A DNA stretch of 63,930 nucleotides, counting the filler, from an uncultured bacterium (GTDB lineage: Bacteria > Auribacterota > CAZIXI01): assembly GCA_964543115.1 (NCBI GenBank). It is 8 parts of 8 records of this genome, joined end to end, with 100 filler letters (N's around TTAATTAATTAA, not from the genome) between each part and the next. Parts side by side here need not be neighbours in the genome. Positions count along the whole stretch, not along the records: positions 8,165 to 16,163 come from CAZIXI010000160.1; positions 16,264 to 24,206 come from CAZIXI010000161.1; 6 more parts are not named here. One strand, 5' to 3'. Both the position numbers and the translations under genes were made by a program. The notes beneath the pieces are model-generated. The model saw only the letters and a program-made list of their open reading frames with translations, was not told the origin of the DNA and made no database searches. Position 1 is the stretch's first letter, and each line of letters starts with the position of its first letter. Below are positions 8,165 through 18,106 of the stretch, one piece after another.

Positions 8165-11100
8165 AGTGGTGAGAGAGGCCATCAAACGTTAATCCATAGT
8201 AATCCAGATATAAAGATGTTTATGGTGGGTATTGGAGGGGATTGTAGAGAGGTAGAGGGAACATTTGGACCAAATGGAATATACCTCCCTAGCGTGACAG
8301 ACATTTATGAGAAACTAAGAGGGGTAATTGAACGGGAACTACGTGCGCCAGCGGCCACTATTTTAACTACAATAGTATCCATGCTGCTCTGGCTAGCCAT
8401 ACCCTTGCTTGTTTATTTTGCTGCCCAGGCGGTTGGTATGGATAACGGCACGGTTTTACTTGCGCTGCCGCTTTATCTGTCAAGAATTGGAAAGATAGCT
8501 GGTTTATCCGCTGAGGAAAAAACCTTGTTGAAATGTCATCGGGCCATGGATATACGAGAAGCCGGAGAATTTAAGGTAAAAACCGTTAGCTCCGGCCGGA
8601 TAGGTAAACAAGTAATTCAGATAGGGGATATAGAAATAGAACCACCGGCTTCCCCGCAATTTCCCCTAGTTCCACAAAACATAGAAAACCTGCGCCGGCT
8701 CTGGAACATTCTCCGCTATTCTCGTGCCGGTCCCAATCCGCTGCTGCAAGGCGAGGCGGGTACAGGTAAGAGTATCATGGTGCGCTATTTAGGCGAGGTG
8801 TACCGGGCCTGGGTGCTGGCGCGGGCCAGGCAGATAGAAGATCCGAAGGTAAGAGAAATGATTATGGAGAAGGCCCGTAATTTCAGCGTCCGGGTGATTA
8901 CCTTTCATGAAGGGATGAAAAGGCCGGATGTAACCCAACGGCTGGGTATTGGTGAAGGTGGTGAAAAGGATAAGACAGGCTATGTCAATTCCGAACTGAT
9001 TGACGGCCGGCGTAACGGCGACTGGATAGTGCTATCTGAGGTTAACCGGGCAATAGACGAAGTGCGTAATGAACTCAATGATCCCCTGGCCAGCGGGCGC
9101 AAGGCCTTGGATGATGGTACGGTGCTGGGTGCGGGCACGGTTTTAGAACAACTGCGGAGAAGAGATTATTCATATCATTCGCGTTTTATCGCTACGCAGA
9201 ACCCGCCCAAGGTTCAGACCGGAGGCAGATATAAAGGATTTGCCCTTTCCGGCGAGTTTCTCGATAGGTTTCGGGTACTAAATATAAAGTATCTTCCCCC
9301 GCTGGATGAATTTCAGGTTTTAAAGAACAAGGCGCCGGGATTAGATGAAATGACGCTTAAAAAATTGGTTTTATTGGCGAATCTTATACGGTCGGCATTT
9401 AATCCGCAGGAATATCCTTTTCCGCTATATGAACTGAATAATCTGTTTGCCGGAGAACCCGGTGCGAGGAGCATATTTGCCGCTATCCGCGGCATGAAGG
9501 AAAGGCTTAGGGTCCCATTGCTGCATTTTCCCTTAACCACCAGGGCGCTGGTCAAGGTGGCGCGGCATTTGTCCAGGTTCCCAGATGACAGAAAGCGGGT
9601 GCGGGACGTATTGCGTCGGCACTACTGGATAGATGACCTGGTGCATGGCGCTGGGAAAAAGGTGATGTTTGCAAGTTTTGTGGATTTATTATTTACTTAC
9701 CAAAAACGCCCGCTGGTAAACCGTTGGCGAAGAGAGACGAAAGAAGTGGCCGGCGTGACCAAGGAATATCTGGTTATGGATTATGATGATCCGGATGATA
9801 AACAGGCAAAAGAGCTCAGCCGGGTAGAAATTCCCCTGAGTTCAGGCGGCGCGTTGGTGCCGGATACGGAGCTGGAAGACGCGCCGGAGAACAGGGAAAA
9901 AATATATGAGCTGTTACAGGATATTATTCTGCGTAATCCCATATTGAATATTGGTGAAGCGGGTACGGGTAAAAACCATTTTGCTGATTTTCTGGGCCGG
10001 CTGCAGAATAAAGAGGTACTGGTATTCGGCTGTAGTCCGGGAACCAAATCCCATCATCTTTATGTGCGCCGGGGCTATGGTGAGGTAAACGCCGGTGAAA
10101 CAAGCTGGGTGGATGCCATGGCGCTAAAATATATGCGGCGGGGGAGTCTGGTGGTGTTTGACGAAGGCAACAAGGCGCCGCCCGGGATACTGGTTTCCTT
10201 AAATGACCTGTTGCAGGATAAAGAGGTATTACTGCCCAGTGGTGAAACGTTCCGGCTGCCGCCAGGAACGATAATTGCCATTAATATGAATCCGCCCCGG
10301 GCGCCGTATGAAGTATATGACCTTTCTGGAGAATTTCTCGACCGTTTCAGCGTGCATGAATTTGTCTGGCTGCCGGCTGTATCCATAAAAAGGATTATGC
10401 AGGAGAGATTTCCAGAGTTATCATATGCATTTATCAGTTCAGTGGTTGACTGTATTAACATAATCCGAACTTTCTATGCTGATCCGCGGGCGTTAACCCG
10501 TCTCAGTGTGCCGGTAACCATGTGCGCGATTGAAGCGGTGCTGGATGAAGCGTCTGTGTCAGCTGAATCCAAAACAATAAGAAATATAAGAGATTTATGT
10601 ATTGACGCTTGTGATAAAGCGGTTCCCGGTGAGCGGGAGGCGCTTTACCGCGCGCAGGAATTAAAAGAATTCGATAAGGAGGAAGCGATTGTAGCTGGTG
10701 GAGATTTAACAGCGGCCCTAAAGAAATTAGAGGAATTTAGAACTGATCCGCTGGAGAATATACAATTGGGGTTGGAGGCAGTCAGTGTTTTTGTGAAATA
10801 TAATGAACGTAGTTGTATAGAAGAGATATTTATGTGTTTAGTTAACGCGCGGCCGGAACGAGCCTGGGAATATCTAATCAGAATGAAGGAATTAATTGAG
10901 GACAGAAGCCTTGTCCATGAGCTAAGTAAGCGGGCCTTTGTCAGGGGAGGTACATTGATAGATGATAAGGGTCATTTAATAACGATAAAAGAAATATATA
11001 ATTGGGAAGATAAACCGGTGGTGCTGGAGGTGGAACGGATGGATAATGGTATTAGATCCAGGATCTATATAGCCAAAGGGGACAAAGACTTACCCAGAGC

Positions 11101-11236
11101 AAAAATGATTGAAGATAAAGACACATTCTGGGAGGTGTCATACAGGAGTAAGGACTTAATCGTTTACGAAGAATTTGCAAATTTTAGCGAAGAAGACCTA
11201 GCAGAAGAGGAGGCCTTTTTAGAAACAGCAGTATAA
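8165..11236 (+). CDS. C-terminal part of a large protein with two tandem MoxR/midasin-type AAA+ modules (5' incomplete)
   Basis: Frame is open from the scaffold edge; module 1 GEAGTGKS, VLSEVNRA, ATQNP, DRF; module 2 GEAGTGKN, VFDEGNKA, INMNP, DRF; hydrophobic segment before module 1. Confidence 0.85.
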   Translation, partial: SGERGHQTLIHSNPDIKMFMVGIGGDCREVEGTFGPNGIYLPSVTDIYEKLRGVIERELRAPAATILTTIVSMLLWLAIPLLVYFAAQAVGMDNGTVLLALPLYLSRIGKIAGLSAEEKTLLKCHRAMDIREAGEFKVKTVSSGRIGKQVIQIGDIEIEPPASPQFPLVPQNIENLRRLWNILRYSRAGPNPLLQGEAGTGKSIMVRYLGEVYRAWVLARARQIEDPKVREMIMEKARNFSVRVITFHEGMKRPDVTQRLGIGEGGEKDKTGYVNSELIDGRRNGDWIVLSEVNRAIDEVRNELNDPLASGRKALDDGTVLGAGTVLEQLRRRDYSYHSRFIATQNPPKVQTGGRYKGFALSGEFLDRFRVLNIKYLPPLDEFQVLKNKAPGLDEMTLKKLVLLANLIRSAFNPQEYPFPLYELNNLFAGEPGARSIFAAIRGMKERLRVPLLHFPLTTRALVKVARHLSRFPDDRKRVRDVLRRHYWIDDLVHGAGKKVMFASFVDLLFTYQKRPLVNRWRRETKEVAGVTKEYLVMDYDDPDDKQAKELSRVEIPLSSGGALVPDTELEDAPENREKIYELLQDIILRNPILNIGEAGTGKNHFADFLGRLQNKEVLVFGCSPGTKSHHLYVRRGYGEVNAGETSWVDAMALKYMRRGSLVVFDEGNKAPPGILVSLNDLLQDKEVLLPSGETFRLPPGTIIAINMNPPRAPYEVYDLSGEFLDRFSVHEFVWLPAVSIKRIMQERFPELSYAFISSVVDCINIIRTFYADPRALTRLSVPVTMCAIEAVLDEASVSAESKTIRNIRDLCIDACDKAVPGEREALYRAQELKEFDKEEAIVAGGDLTAALKKLEEFRTDPLENIQLGLEAVSVFVKYNERSCIEEIFMCLVNARPERAWEYLIRMKELIEDRSLVHELSKRAFVRGGTLIDDKGHLITIKEIYNWEDKPVVLEVERMDNGIRSRIYIAKGDKDLPRAKMIEDKDTFWEVSYRSKDLIVYEEFANFSEEDLAEEEAFLETAV

Positions 11237-11256
11237 TTTTAACTAGGGACAGCGAC

Positions 11257-12584
11257 CACTAGTGTCCGGTTAAAAATATTTATATCTTTATAGTTCTTTG
11301 AAATAGAAATAGTTATAAGGAAAATGTCATTTTTCGACTTGAACAACGTTGTGTATACTTAGATCACAATCTTTAACAATTTTAGAGAGAGGTGGCTAAT
11401 GTATTCAGGAAAAATGATATTTTCACAGATCATGGATTTTCTACCAATGTATGAATTTAAAAAATGTGTTACACGTTACAATGGCAATCGTAAAATAAGA
11501 AAATTTTCATGTTTAGATCAATTTATTTGCATGGCATTTGCTCAATTAACTTTTCGCGAAAGCTTACGAGATATCGAAGCATGTTTACGCTCTTTCAAAA
11601 ATAAACTTTATCATATCGGAATTCGCGGTAAAGTTTCACGCAGTACTTTAGCTGATGCTAACAACACAAGAGATTGGCGTATTTATGCCGAATTCGCCCA
11701 AGTTCTAATTCATCGTGCTCGCAGTTTATACGCAAATGAAGATTTTGGCATTGAGCTTGATAATACGGTTTATGCTTTAGACGCTACAACAATTCAATTG
11801 TGTTTGTCTCTTTTTCCATGGGCACAATATTCACCATATCTAGCAGGCGTTCGCCTTCATACATTGTTAGATTTGCGTGGGCCGATACCATCTTTCGTCG
11901 ATATTGTAAGGGTAAAAGGGTACCACGAATCTCTCATGCTGGATTATCTTATTGCTGAGCCAGGATCATTTTACATTATGGATAGAGGATATTTATCTTT
12001 TAAACGTCTCTATAGATTAAATCAAGCATCAGCATTCTTTGTTGTTCGATCTAGAAAAAAGATTCATCATCGCAGGTTATATTCTCATGCTATTAATAAA
12101 TCTCTTGGATTGCGTTCTGATCAAACAGTTGTCTTAACAGGAAATACTTCTTCTATCGATTATCCTGAAAAAATCAGAAGAGTTGTTATCTATGACAAAG
12201 AGCAGAAGAAACGATTAATTCTATTTACCAATAATTTCCAACTTTCTGCTCAGATAATTACTGAGCTTTATAGGCAACGCTGGAAAATTGAATTATTCTT
12301 TAAATGGATCAAACAGCATTTAAGAATTAAAAAATTCTTTGGCACATCTGAAAATGCTGTTAAAACACAAATTTGGATTGCTATCTCTGTTTATGTGCTT
12401 ATTGCGATCATTAAAAAACAACTAAACTTAAAAAGTGAGCTTTATATAATTCTACAGATATTAAGTGTTTCAGCTTTTGAAAAAATAGGACTTTCTCGTC
12501 TATTAAATGACGAAATTTACAAAGAACAGGGTACTAATAACTGTAACCAACTGCTGTTGTTTGACTAACAACCGGACACTAGTG
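11257..12584 (+). mobile_element. IS4-family insertion sequence, 1328 bp
   Basis: 15-bp terminal inverted repeats CACTAGTGTCCGGTT / AACCGGACACTAGTG; 11-bp target duplication GGGACAGCGAC at 11246-11256 and 12585-12595. Confidence 0.95.
11399..12568 (+). CDS. IS4-family DDE transposase (DUF4372-type N-terminus)
   Basis: ESLRDIEACL, ALDATTI, YIMDRGY, YRQRWKIELFFKWIKQHL. Confidence 0.95.
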   Translation: MYSGKMIFSQIMDFLPMYEFKKCVTRYNGNRKIRKFSCLDQFICMAFAQLTFRESLRDIEACLRSFKNKLYHIGIRGKVSRSTLADANNTRDWRIYAEFAQVLIHRARSLYANEDFGIELDNTVYALDATTIQLCLSLFPWAQYSPYLAGVRLHTLLDLRGPIPSFVDIVRVKGYHESLMLDYLIAEPGSFYIMDRGYLSFKRLYRLNQASAFFVVRSRKKIHHRRLYSHAINKSLGLRSDQTVVLTGNTSSIDYPEKIRRVVIYDKEQKKRLILFTNNFQLSAQIITELYRQRWKIELFFKWIKQHLRIKKFFGTSENAVKTQIWIAISVYVLIAIIKKQLNLKSELYIILQILSVSAFEKIGLSRLLNDEIYKEQGTNNCNQLLLFD

Positions 12585-12610
12585 GGGACAGCGACTAGTT
12601 ATTACTCTAG

Positions 12611-13741
12611 TTATGATATTTTCGGCCAGATTAGATCATAATGAACGCTGCGGCCTTTCCCTGGTAATTGATGCAGAATATTTTTATCAAGCAGGTCAGA
12701 GATTTCACGAAAGGCCGTCGCCCGGCTTGTTTTAGTAATGCCAACATATTTGCGGGTTGTAAGCCCGCCAATAAAATTGCCGGCACCGGTATCTAGCATG
12801 CGATTTAACACCTTCTTCTGACGGTCGTTAAGTTCAGTTTGGGCATGTTGCTGCCAGAACTCAGCTTTGACTAAGACATTCCCAATAATCTTATCTGATC
12901 TTTTAATGGCACGCTGAAAAGACTCTAAGAACCAAGTTAACCATTTTGTTATATCGGTGCTATTTGTTTTAGAGGTTTTTTCAAGAATATTATAATAGTT
13001 ATCTCTTTCTTCCATAATCTGAGAAGAAAGACTATAATAACGCACATTGAGTTTTTCGTCTTGAGCAAGAGCCATATCTGTTAGGGCGCGGCCAATGCGG
13101 CCGTTACCATCTTCAAAAGGATGGATAGTGACAAAATAAAAGTGAGCTATCCCTGCGCGTAAAATACCCTCTGTGGTCTTGAAGCTCGATTTCCACCATT
13201 GTAAGAACTTTTTCATCTCGGATTCTACCCTTTCTCCCGGAGGAGCCTCAAAATGAATTTTTTCCCGGCCAAATGCTCCTGAAACAACTCGCATGGGTTC
13301 TTTGCCCCGCCACTTACCAACACGGATCTTGTGAAGACCTGAGTAGCCAGAGGGAAAAAGTGCGGCCTGCCAGCCTTTCAACCTGCCTGCAGAAAGAGGT
13401 TTATTATGTTTTTGTGTTGAGTCTAATATAACTTCAACCAAACCGTCCACAAAACGATTAGCTGGAACCAATCCTGCTGTTGGCAGCCCAAGATGTCTCG
13501 CTACCGATGAACGCACCATTTTAGGGTTTAAATGCTCTCCTTCAATTGCGGCAGTTTTTATGGCCTCTTCTGTAAGGATATCAGCCTGTGCCTCTTCTCC
13601 CAGTTTAAAGCCAAGGTGTTTTATACGTCCCAGAAGATTGCCCTGTGCTAGCCTTGCCTGAGCTAAAAGAGAGAGCAAAGAATTGCTATCCCATGTTAGT
13701 TTCGGCCAGGAACTTGATTGCCAGATATATCTTATCTTCAT
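12611..13741 (-). CDS. Fic-family protein (DUF4172-like N-terminus, C-terminal HTH)
   Basis: HPFEDGNGRIGR Fic motif; TSRATAFREISDL HTH. Confidence 0.93.
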   Translation of the reverse strand: MKIRYIWQSSSWPKLTWDSNSLLSLLAQARLAQGNLLGRIKHLGFKLGEEAQADILTEEAIKTAAIEGEHLNPKMVRSSVARHLGLPTAGLVPANRFVDGLVEVILDSTQKHNKPLSAGRLKGWQAALFPSGYSGLHKIRVGKWRGKEPMRVVSGAFGREKIHFEAPPGERVESEMKKFLQWWKSSFKTTEGILRAGIAHFYFVTIHPFEDGNGRIGRALTDMALAQDEKLNVRYYSLSSQIMEERDNYYNILEKTSKTNSTDITKWLTWFLESFQRAIKRSDKIIGNVLVKAEFWQQHAQTELNDRQKKVLNRMLDTGAGNFIGGLTTRKYVGITKTSRATAFREISDLLDKNILHQLPGKGRSVHYDLIWPKIS

Positions 13742-13798
13742 ATTAATCCCTTCTTATTGAAACAATTAATCGACTTAAACGCTTCAAATAATGATACA

Positions 13799-13827
13799 AT
13801 TATAACAGATATTCACTTTCAAGTCAA
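13799..13827 (-). promoter_or_regulatory. Sigma70-type promoter of the Fic gene
   Basis: TTGACT-17 nt-TATAAT on the minus strand. Confidence 0.6.
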
Positions 13828-14104
13828 TGTATAACTAGGGGCGTCCCTATTTTTGTATTCTACGCAATATATGCGGTGAATAAAACACGTAATTACCGCA
13901 AACGCAAGGATAAATTGGATTAGTAAGGAAGATTTTGCTCCTTAAAATTTTGGAGTTTTTTCCGAAAAAACAGAGAAAAATGACTTGTTTAGCTAACCTA
14001 TGTGTCTTGTTAGCGCCTACCGTGCAATAGCTTAACAAATATTAGGCTGTTTTCTGCAACATGGTATGTATCTTGCATTATTTTAGCTACACACAAAATC
14101 AGTT

Positions 14105-14280
14105 AAAAGGCTAATTCACCTCAAAGGTGAAGGCGTCCACCGGAAGGGGGACCGGTCTATTAGCGGCAAAATCTAATAGGCTGGCAAAGCTCAGGATCCC
14201 GATAGTTTAAAGGGAAGGCCGGGCTGCCGTTTAAGTCTCTACGTTAATGGGATTAACCGAGCAGCCCGGCCTTTTCATTT
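14105..14280 (+). ncRNA. c-di-GMP-I (GEMM)-like structured leader with overlapping terminator
   Basis: AAAGGCTAA-hairpin-GGCG ... CAAAGCTCAGG...CCGGGCTGCCG; terminator AAGGCCGGGCTGC/GCAGCCCGGCCTT plus T-rich tail; extra hairpins relative to the canonical motif. Confidence 0.55.
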
Positions 14281-14294
14281 TGTGTGATATTAAA

Positions 14295-14400
14295 TGTGTA
14301 AGAAAAGGGGATGAGGAGATAGGGGAGATAAGGAGATAAAAAGTAAATTATAAAATAATCCCCATATCTCCAGGATCTCTATATCTCCTTTTCTTACACA
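14295..14400. repeat. 106-bp imperfect palindrome (MITE/REP-like)
   Basis: Perfect 14-bp terminal inverted repeat TGTGTAAGAAAAGG/CCTTTTCTTACACA; internal GGAGATA versus TATCTCC repeats. Confidence 0.7.
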
Positions 14401-14438
14401 AAAATACTGGTAAAAGCAGTTATTTTTATGAGGAGTAA

Positions 14439-16163
14439 ATGAATAACGATATTAAATTAAAAAAAACAAAGATTCCCTGCCGGATCTTCAGTCTAATTCT
14501 TGTTATTGTGTTTTTATGGAACAATGTTGTTTGGGCGGGGATAGAGGCAGTCCACCGAAGGGGGGAAGAGTACAAGCTTAATCCTGCTTCAAAGGTAGGT
14601 AATCTTGTGCCGTTGGCCAATGAATATGCCAGGGGGCAATTGGCAGCAAAAAAATTAATTAGTAGCGGGGCAACCAGCAAGAAAAAGTTCTATGGACCGC
14701 TTAAGGATGTGTTGAAGCAGGGAAAGAAGGAAGAACTGGCTGGGGTGGAGTGTCTTTTATTCAGTGATCAAAAGGACCCGGCTAAGTTTGCCTATTATGT
14801 GTTTAATAAGTGTGAACCGTATTTTTCCAGGATTACAACATCGCCAGAGGTTGAGGATTCTCTTTGGCAGTACCTGGGTTCTTTGGGGATGAGTGATAGG
14901 CCGGTATCGGACGTACGCGAATTCCGCATTGGTAATAAAACGTATTTTCAACATGTATATATATTGAATAATAAGGATGTTCAATTGATTAATACCGCCT
15001 TAAAGCTTGCTGAGAGAGAAGTCGTTTCTTCCCGTTTAGGTTTGAAGAAGGAGCCGTCGGCAGAAACCGCGGAAATGCTGGTTGATGCAGAAGATGTAGA
15101 TTCGAATATTTATGAAATGGTAAACAAAGAAGAAATTACCCTAGCAGAAGCCAGGCTGCAGGAAACACATCCGCGGCAGTGGCAGGCGTTAAAAGAACTC
15201 ACAGATGATTTTGAATATTTTTATTTTTTCCAAAACCTGCCCTCAGCAGCAGGGATATATGATCTTGGTGCCGATGTGGCTGAGGCAGAGAGGTATGTGT
15301 TTGCTCTGGACTGTGATTTGCGGGAGTTTTTGGCGAAAGCAGAGCAGGATAAAGAGTCACTGATGGATTTCTATTATTTACTGCTGGTGCATGAAGGCAC
15401 AGAATTGTTACTGCGGGCTAATAGAGGTAGTTGTGAGACGATTTCGCCTGATCTGGAAACAGAGGTAAACGCCTTTATTGCCAAGGCCTGGGCGTATATG
15501 AGTCTGCCGGAGCAGAGAAGGGCCGGGTTAAAGGTGTTGCTGGCAGAAATTGATAGAAATGAGCCGGATAGAAAAAATAGGTTTATACCGGTAATTACAT
15601 TTATCGAGACACTAGCCGCAGAAGGATTTTATAGCGAAAAATCTATCACACAAATAATTGAGTATATTTTGTCTGATCCTGACTATCGGGAACAAAAATT
15701 GAGTGCTGCGGATAAAGAAGAATTGATATTGCAGATAAGAGAAAAAGCGGATTTTGTGCAAAGAGATAGTTTTCTCAATATTTTTAATAAACACGTTCCA
15801 GAAAACAAGAGAAAGGAAGTACTGGGCAAAATAGCACAAGACCCGCTAAGTAGTGGTCTTCCGAACAGGGATATAATAGATGCTTATGGTTTATTGCTGC
15901 GGGAATGGGTAAGAGATAAAGGAGAGCAAAAACGTGTACTTTCTGAATTGCATTCATGGTTAAGCGGTAGCGCAGGAAATAGTAGATTTCGGGAGGGATT
16001 GGTTAGCATTTATACTTTGCTGGCCGCGGCCTGGATCAGGGATGAAAAAGAGAGGAAGGTGATACTTAGCAGAATAGCAGAATTATGCGAGCATGAAAAG
16101 GAAGGTGTAAGAAGGGTTGCGGTGCGGGTATACGGCAGATTGGCTATTAACTGGACAACCGAG
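14439..16163 (+). CDS. Large exported hypothetical protein with HExxE motif and helical/HEAT-like repeats (3' incomplete)
   Basis: GAGGAG RBS; signal-like LILVIVFLWNNVVWA; LLVHEGTE; HEAT-like EKEGVRRVAVRVYGRL. Confidence 0.75.
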
Positions 16164-16263
16164 NNNNNNNNNNNNNNNNNNNNNNNNNNNNNNNNNNNNN
16201 NNNNNNNTTAATTAATTAANNNNNNNNNNNNNNNNNNNNNNNNNNNNNNNNNNNNNNNNNNNN
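16164..16263. other. Artificial scaffold linker
   Basis: N-TTAATTAATTAA-N, 100 nt. Confidence 0.98.
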
Positions 16264-16508
16264 GTTCAAAACGACGGTATGAGGAGCTCCTTGAAAAAGG
16301 AATAAAGTCAGATTTACAGGGTGTAGAGGAAAATATTATCGGCCGTGATGAGAAAGACAGCACTCGAGCGGTGTCCCCGCTAAAACCCGCCCCGGATGCC
16401 ATAACTATTGATACGACGAAGATGACTATGAAAGAAAAAGATGCCCTGGCCTGGAAATACGTGCAGAAGGCCCAAGCGAAGTTTGGGGCTTCTGTAGAGG
16501 AATTGTAA
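16264..16508 (+). CDS. cmk: Cytidylate kinase, C-terminal fragment
   Basis: Manual translation RRYEELLEKG...IIGRDEKDSTRAVSPLKPAPDAITIDTT; stop overlaps plsC start. Confidence 0.85.
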
Positions 16509-17122
16509 TGTTAGGCTATAGACTTGCCCGTTTTATATGTAAAATTATCTGCCTGGTTTTATTTCAGATGACTGGCAGGGGACGCCGTAATGTCTACAAG
16601 ATCAAGGGCGGTATTTTCGCGGTGAACCATACGAGCTTTCTTGATCCGATGGCTGCCGGTTCATTCTGCCCGCGTCCGCTTTTTTATCTCGCGCGGCAGA
16701 CTCTGACAAAGAATGGATTCCTTAAATTTGTTTTGCCTAGGGTTAATGTAATGCTTTTTAACCGTGATGAGCCGGAAATCGGTATTTTTAAGAAAGTAAT
16801 TAAGCTCTTGCGGCAAGGAAGATTAATGTTGATGTTCCCGGAAGGCACCCGTTCCCTGGACGGTAATTTGCAGCCGGCAAAAAATGGTGTCGGGTTGTTG
16901 GCGCTGAAGGCCCGGGTGCCGATAATCCCTGTTTATGTCAGCGGCACCCATAAGGCTCTGCCCAAGCAGGCAAAATTTCCCCGGCTGTACAAAATCAGGG
17001 TGACTATTGGCGAGCCGATTTATTTAGATAAATGGTTAGCTAAACCCCGATTGGAGAAAAGTGATTTTCAGGAAGTAGCGGATCTGGTAATGGAGCGGAT
17101 AAAGAAATTAAGTGAGACTTAA
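16508..17122 (+). CDS. plsC: 1-acyl-sn-glycerol-3-phosphate acyltransferase
   Basis: NHTSFLDP and FPEGTRS motifs. Confidence 0.92.
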   Translation: MLGYRLARFICKIICLVLFQMTGRGRRNVYKIKGGIFAVNHTSFLDPMAAGSFCPRPLFYLARQTLTKNGFLKFVLPRVNVMLFNRDEPEIGIFKKVIKLLRQGRLMLMFPEGTRSLDGNLQPAKNGVGLLALKARVPIIPVYVSGTHKALPKQAKFPRLYKIRVTIGEPIYLDKWLAKPRLEKSDFQEVADLVMERIKKLSET

Positions 17123-17166
17123 AACTATAAGCTCGTCCGTGTGCTGATAGATTATTTTACAGATAT

Positions 17167-18051
17167 ATGAAAACCTATCTTGATTGTGTTCCCTGTTTTT
17201 TCCGGCAGGCGTTAGAGGCGGCGAAACTTGCCGGGGCCGGTAAAAGAACCCAGAAACGGATCGTTGATGAGTTGGCAAAAAATATTCCGCGGTTTTCCCT
17301 CTCTCTGTCCCCGCCGCAAATGGGTCATACTATCCATGCAATTGTCAGGAAGATGACCGGAAAAAAAGATCCTTATCTTAAAGTAAAAGCTAAAAGCAAT
17401 CGGCTGGTGCTGGCCCTCTATCCGCGGCTGAAGAAAAAGGTTTCCTCATCTTCTGATCGTTTGTTAATGGCCGTAGAACTGGCCATTGCCGGAAATATTA
17501 TTGATTATGGTGTGAAGAATTCTCTTAATGTGAATCAGGAATTGTGCCATATTCTGCGGAAAGAGGAGAAAACCATTCTTAAAGAGAAGAAGACGGTGTT
17601 CTGTTACCGGCAATTTAAGCGGGCCCTGAAGAAGGCGGGGACTATTTTGTATCTGGCGGATAATACCGGGGAAACGGTGTTCGACCGGATATTAATTGAA
17701 GAGATAAAGAGACTGGATAGTAAAAAGAAGATATTTTACGCGGTTAGAGGCGGGCCGATTATTAACGATGCCTTAGCTGTTGATGCCCGCTTCTGTGGCC
17801 TGGACAGACTGGCAGAGATTGTGGATAGCGGAATAGCTGCCCCGGGGACAATTTTGTCCCTTTGCTCGAGGAAATTTCGCCGGTTATTTCATCGGGTGGA
17901 CCTCGTGATCAGTAAGGGACAGGGCAATTTCGAGGCCCTGTCAGAGGAAAAGGGGCCGATATTCTTTTTATTTATGGCCAAGTGCCCGGTAGCTGCCAGG
18001 CACCTTGGTTGTCAACTCAGAGATATAGTCTTGACAACAGTAGCCGGTTAA
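17167..18051 (+). CDS. DUF89/ARMT1-like damage-control phosphatase
   Basis: CVPCFFRQAL, AGNIID, YLADNTGETVFD, SKGQGNFEAL. Confidence 0.88.
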   Translation: MKTYLDCVPCFFRQALEAAKLAGAGKRTQKRIVDELAKNIPRFSLSLSPPQMGHTIHAIVRKMTGKKDPYLKVKAKSNRLVLALYPRLKKKVSSSSDRLLMAVELAIAGNIIDYGVKNSLNVNQELCHILRKEEKTILKEKKTVFCYRQFKRALKKAGTILYLADNTGETVFDRILIEEIKRLDSKKKIFYAVRGGPIINDALAVDARFCGLDRLAEIVDSGIAAPGTILSLCSRKFRRLFHRVDLVISKGQGNFEALSEEKGPIFFLFMAKCPVAARHLGCQLRDIVLTTVAG

Positions 18052-18106
18052 TGATAGTTTATTACACCCTTTAAAGGGAAAAAATAAAATAGGAGGTACA
18101 CAGGTT

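Noticed and set aside
12611..13741. Fic protein as part of a toxin-antitoxin or defence island with the AAA gene
   Set aside because: No antitoxin ORF is seen, the genes are convergent, and this Fic type is commonly a solitary mobile gene
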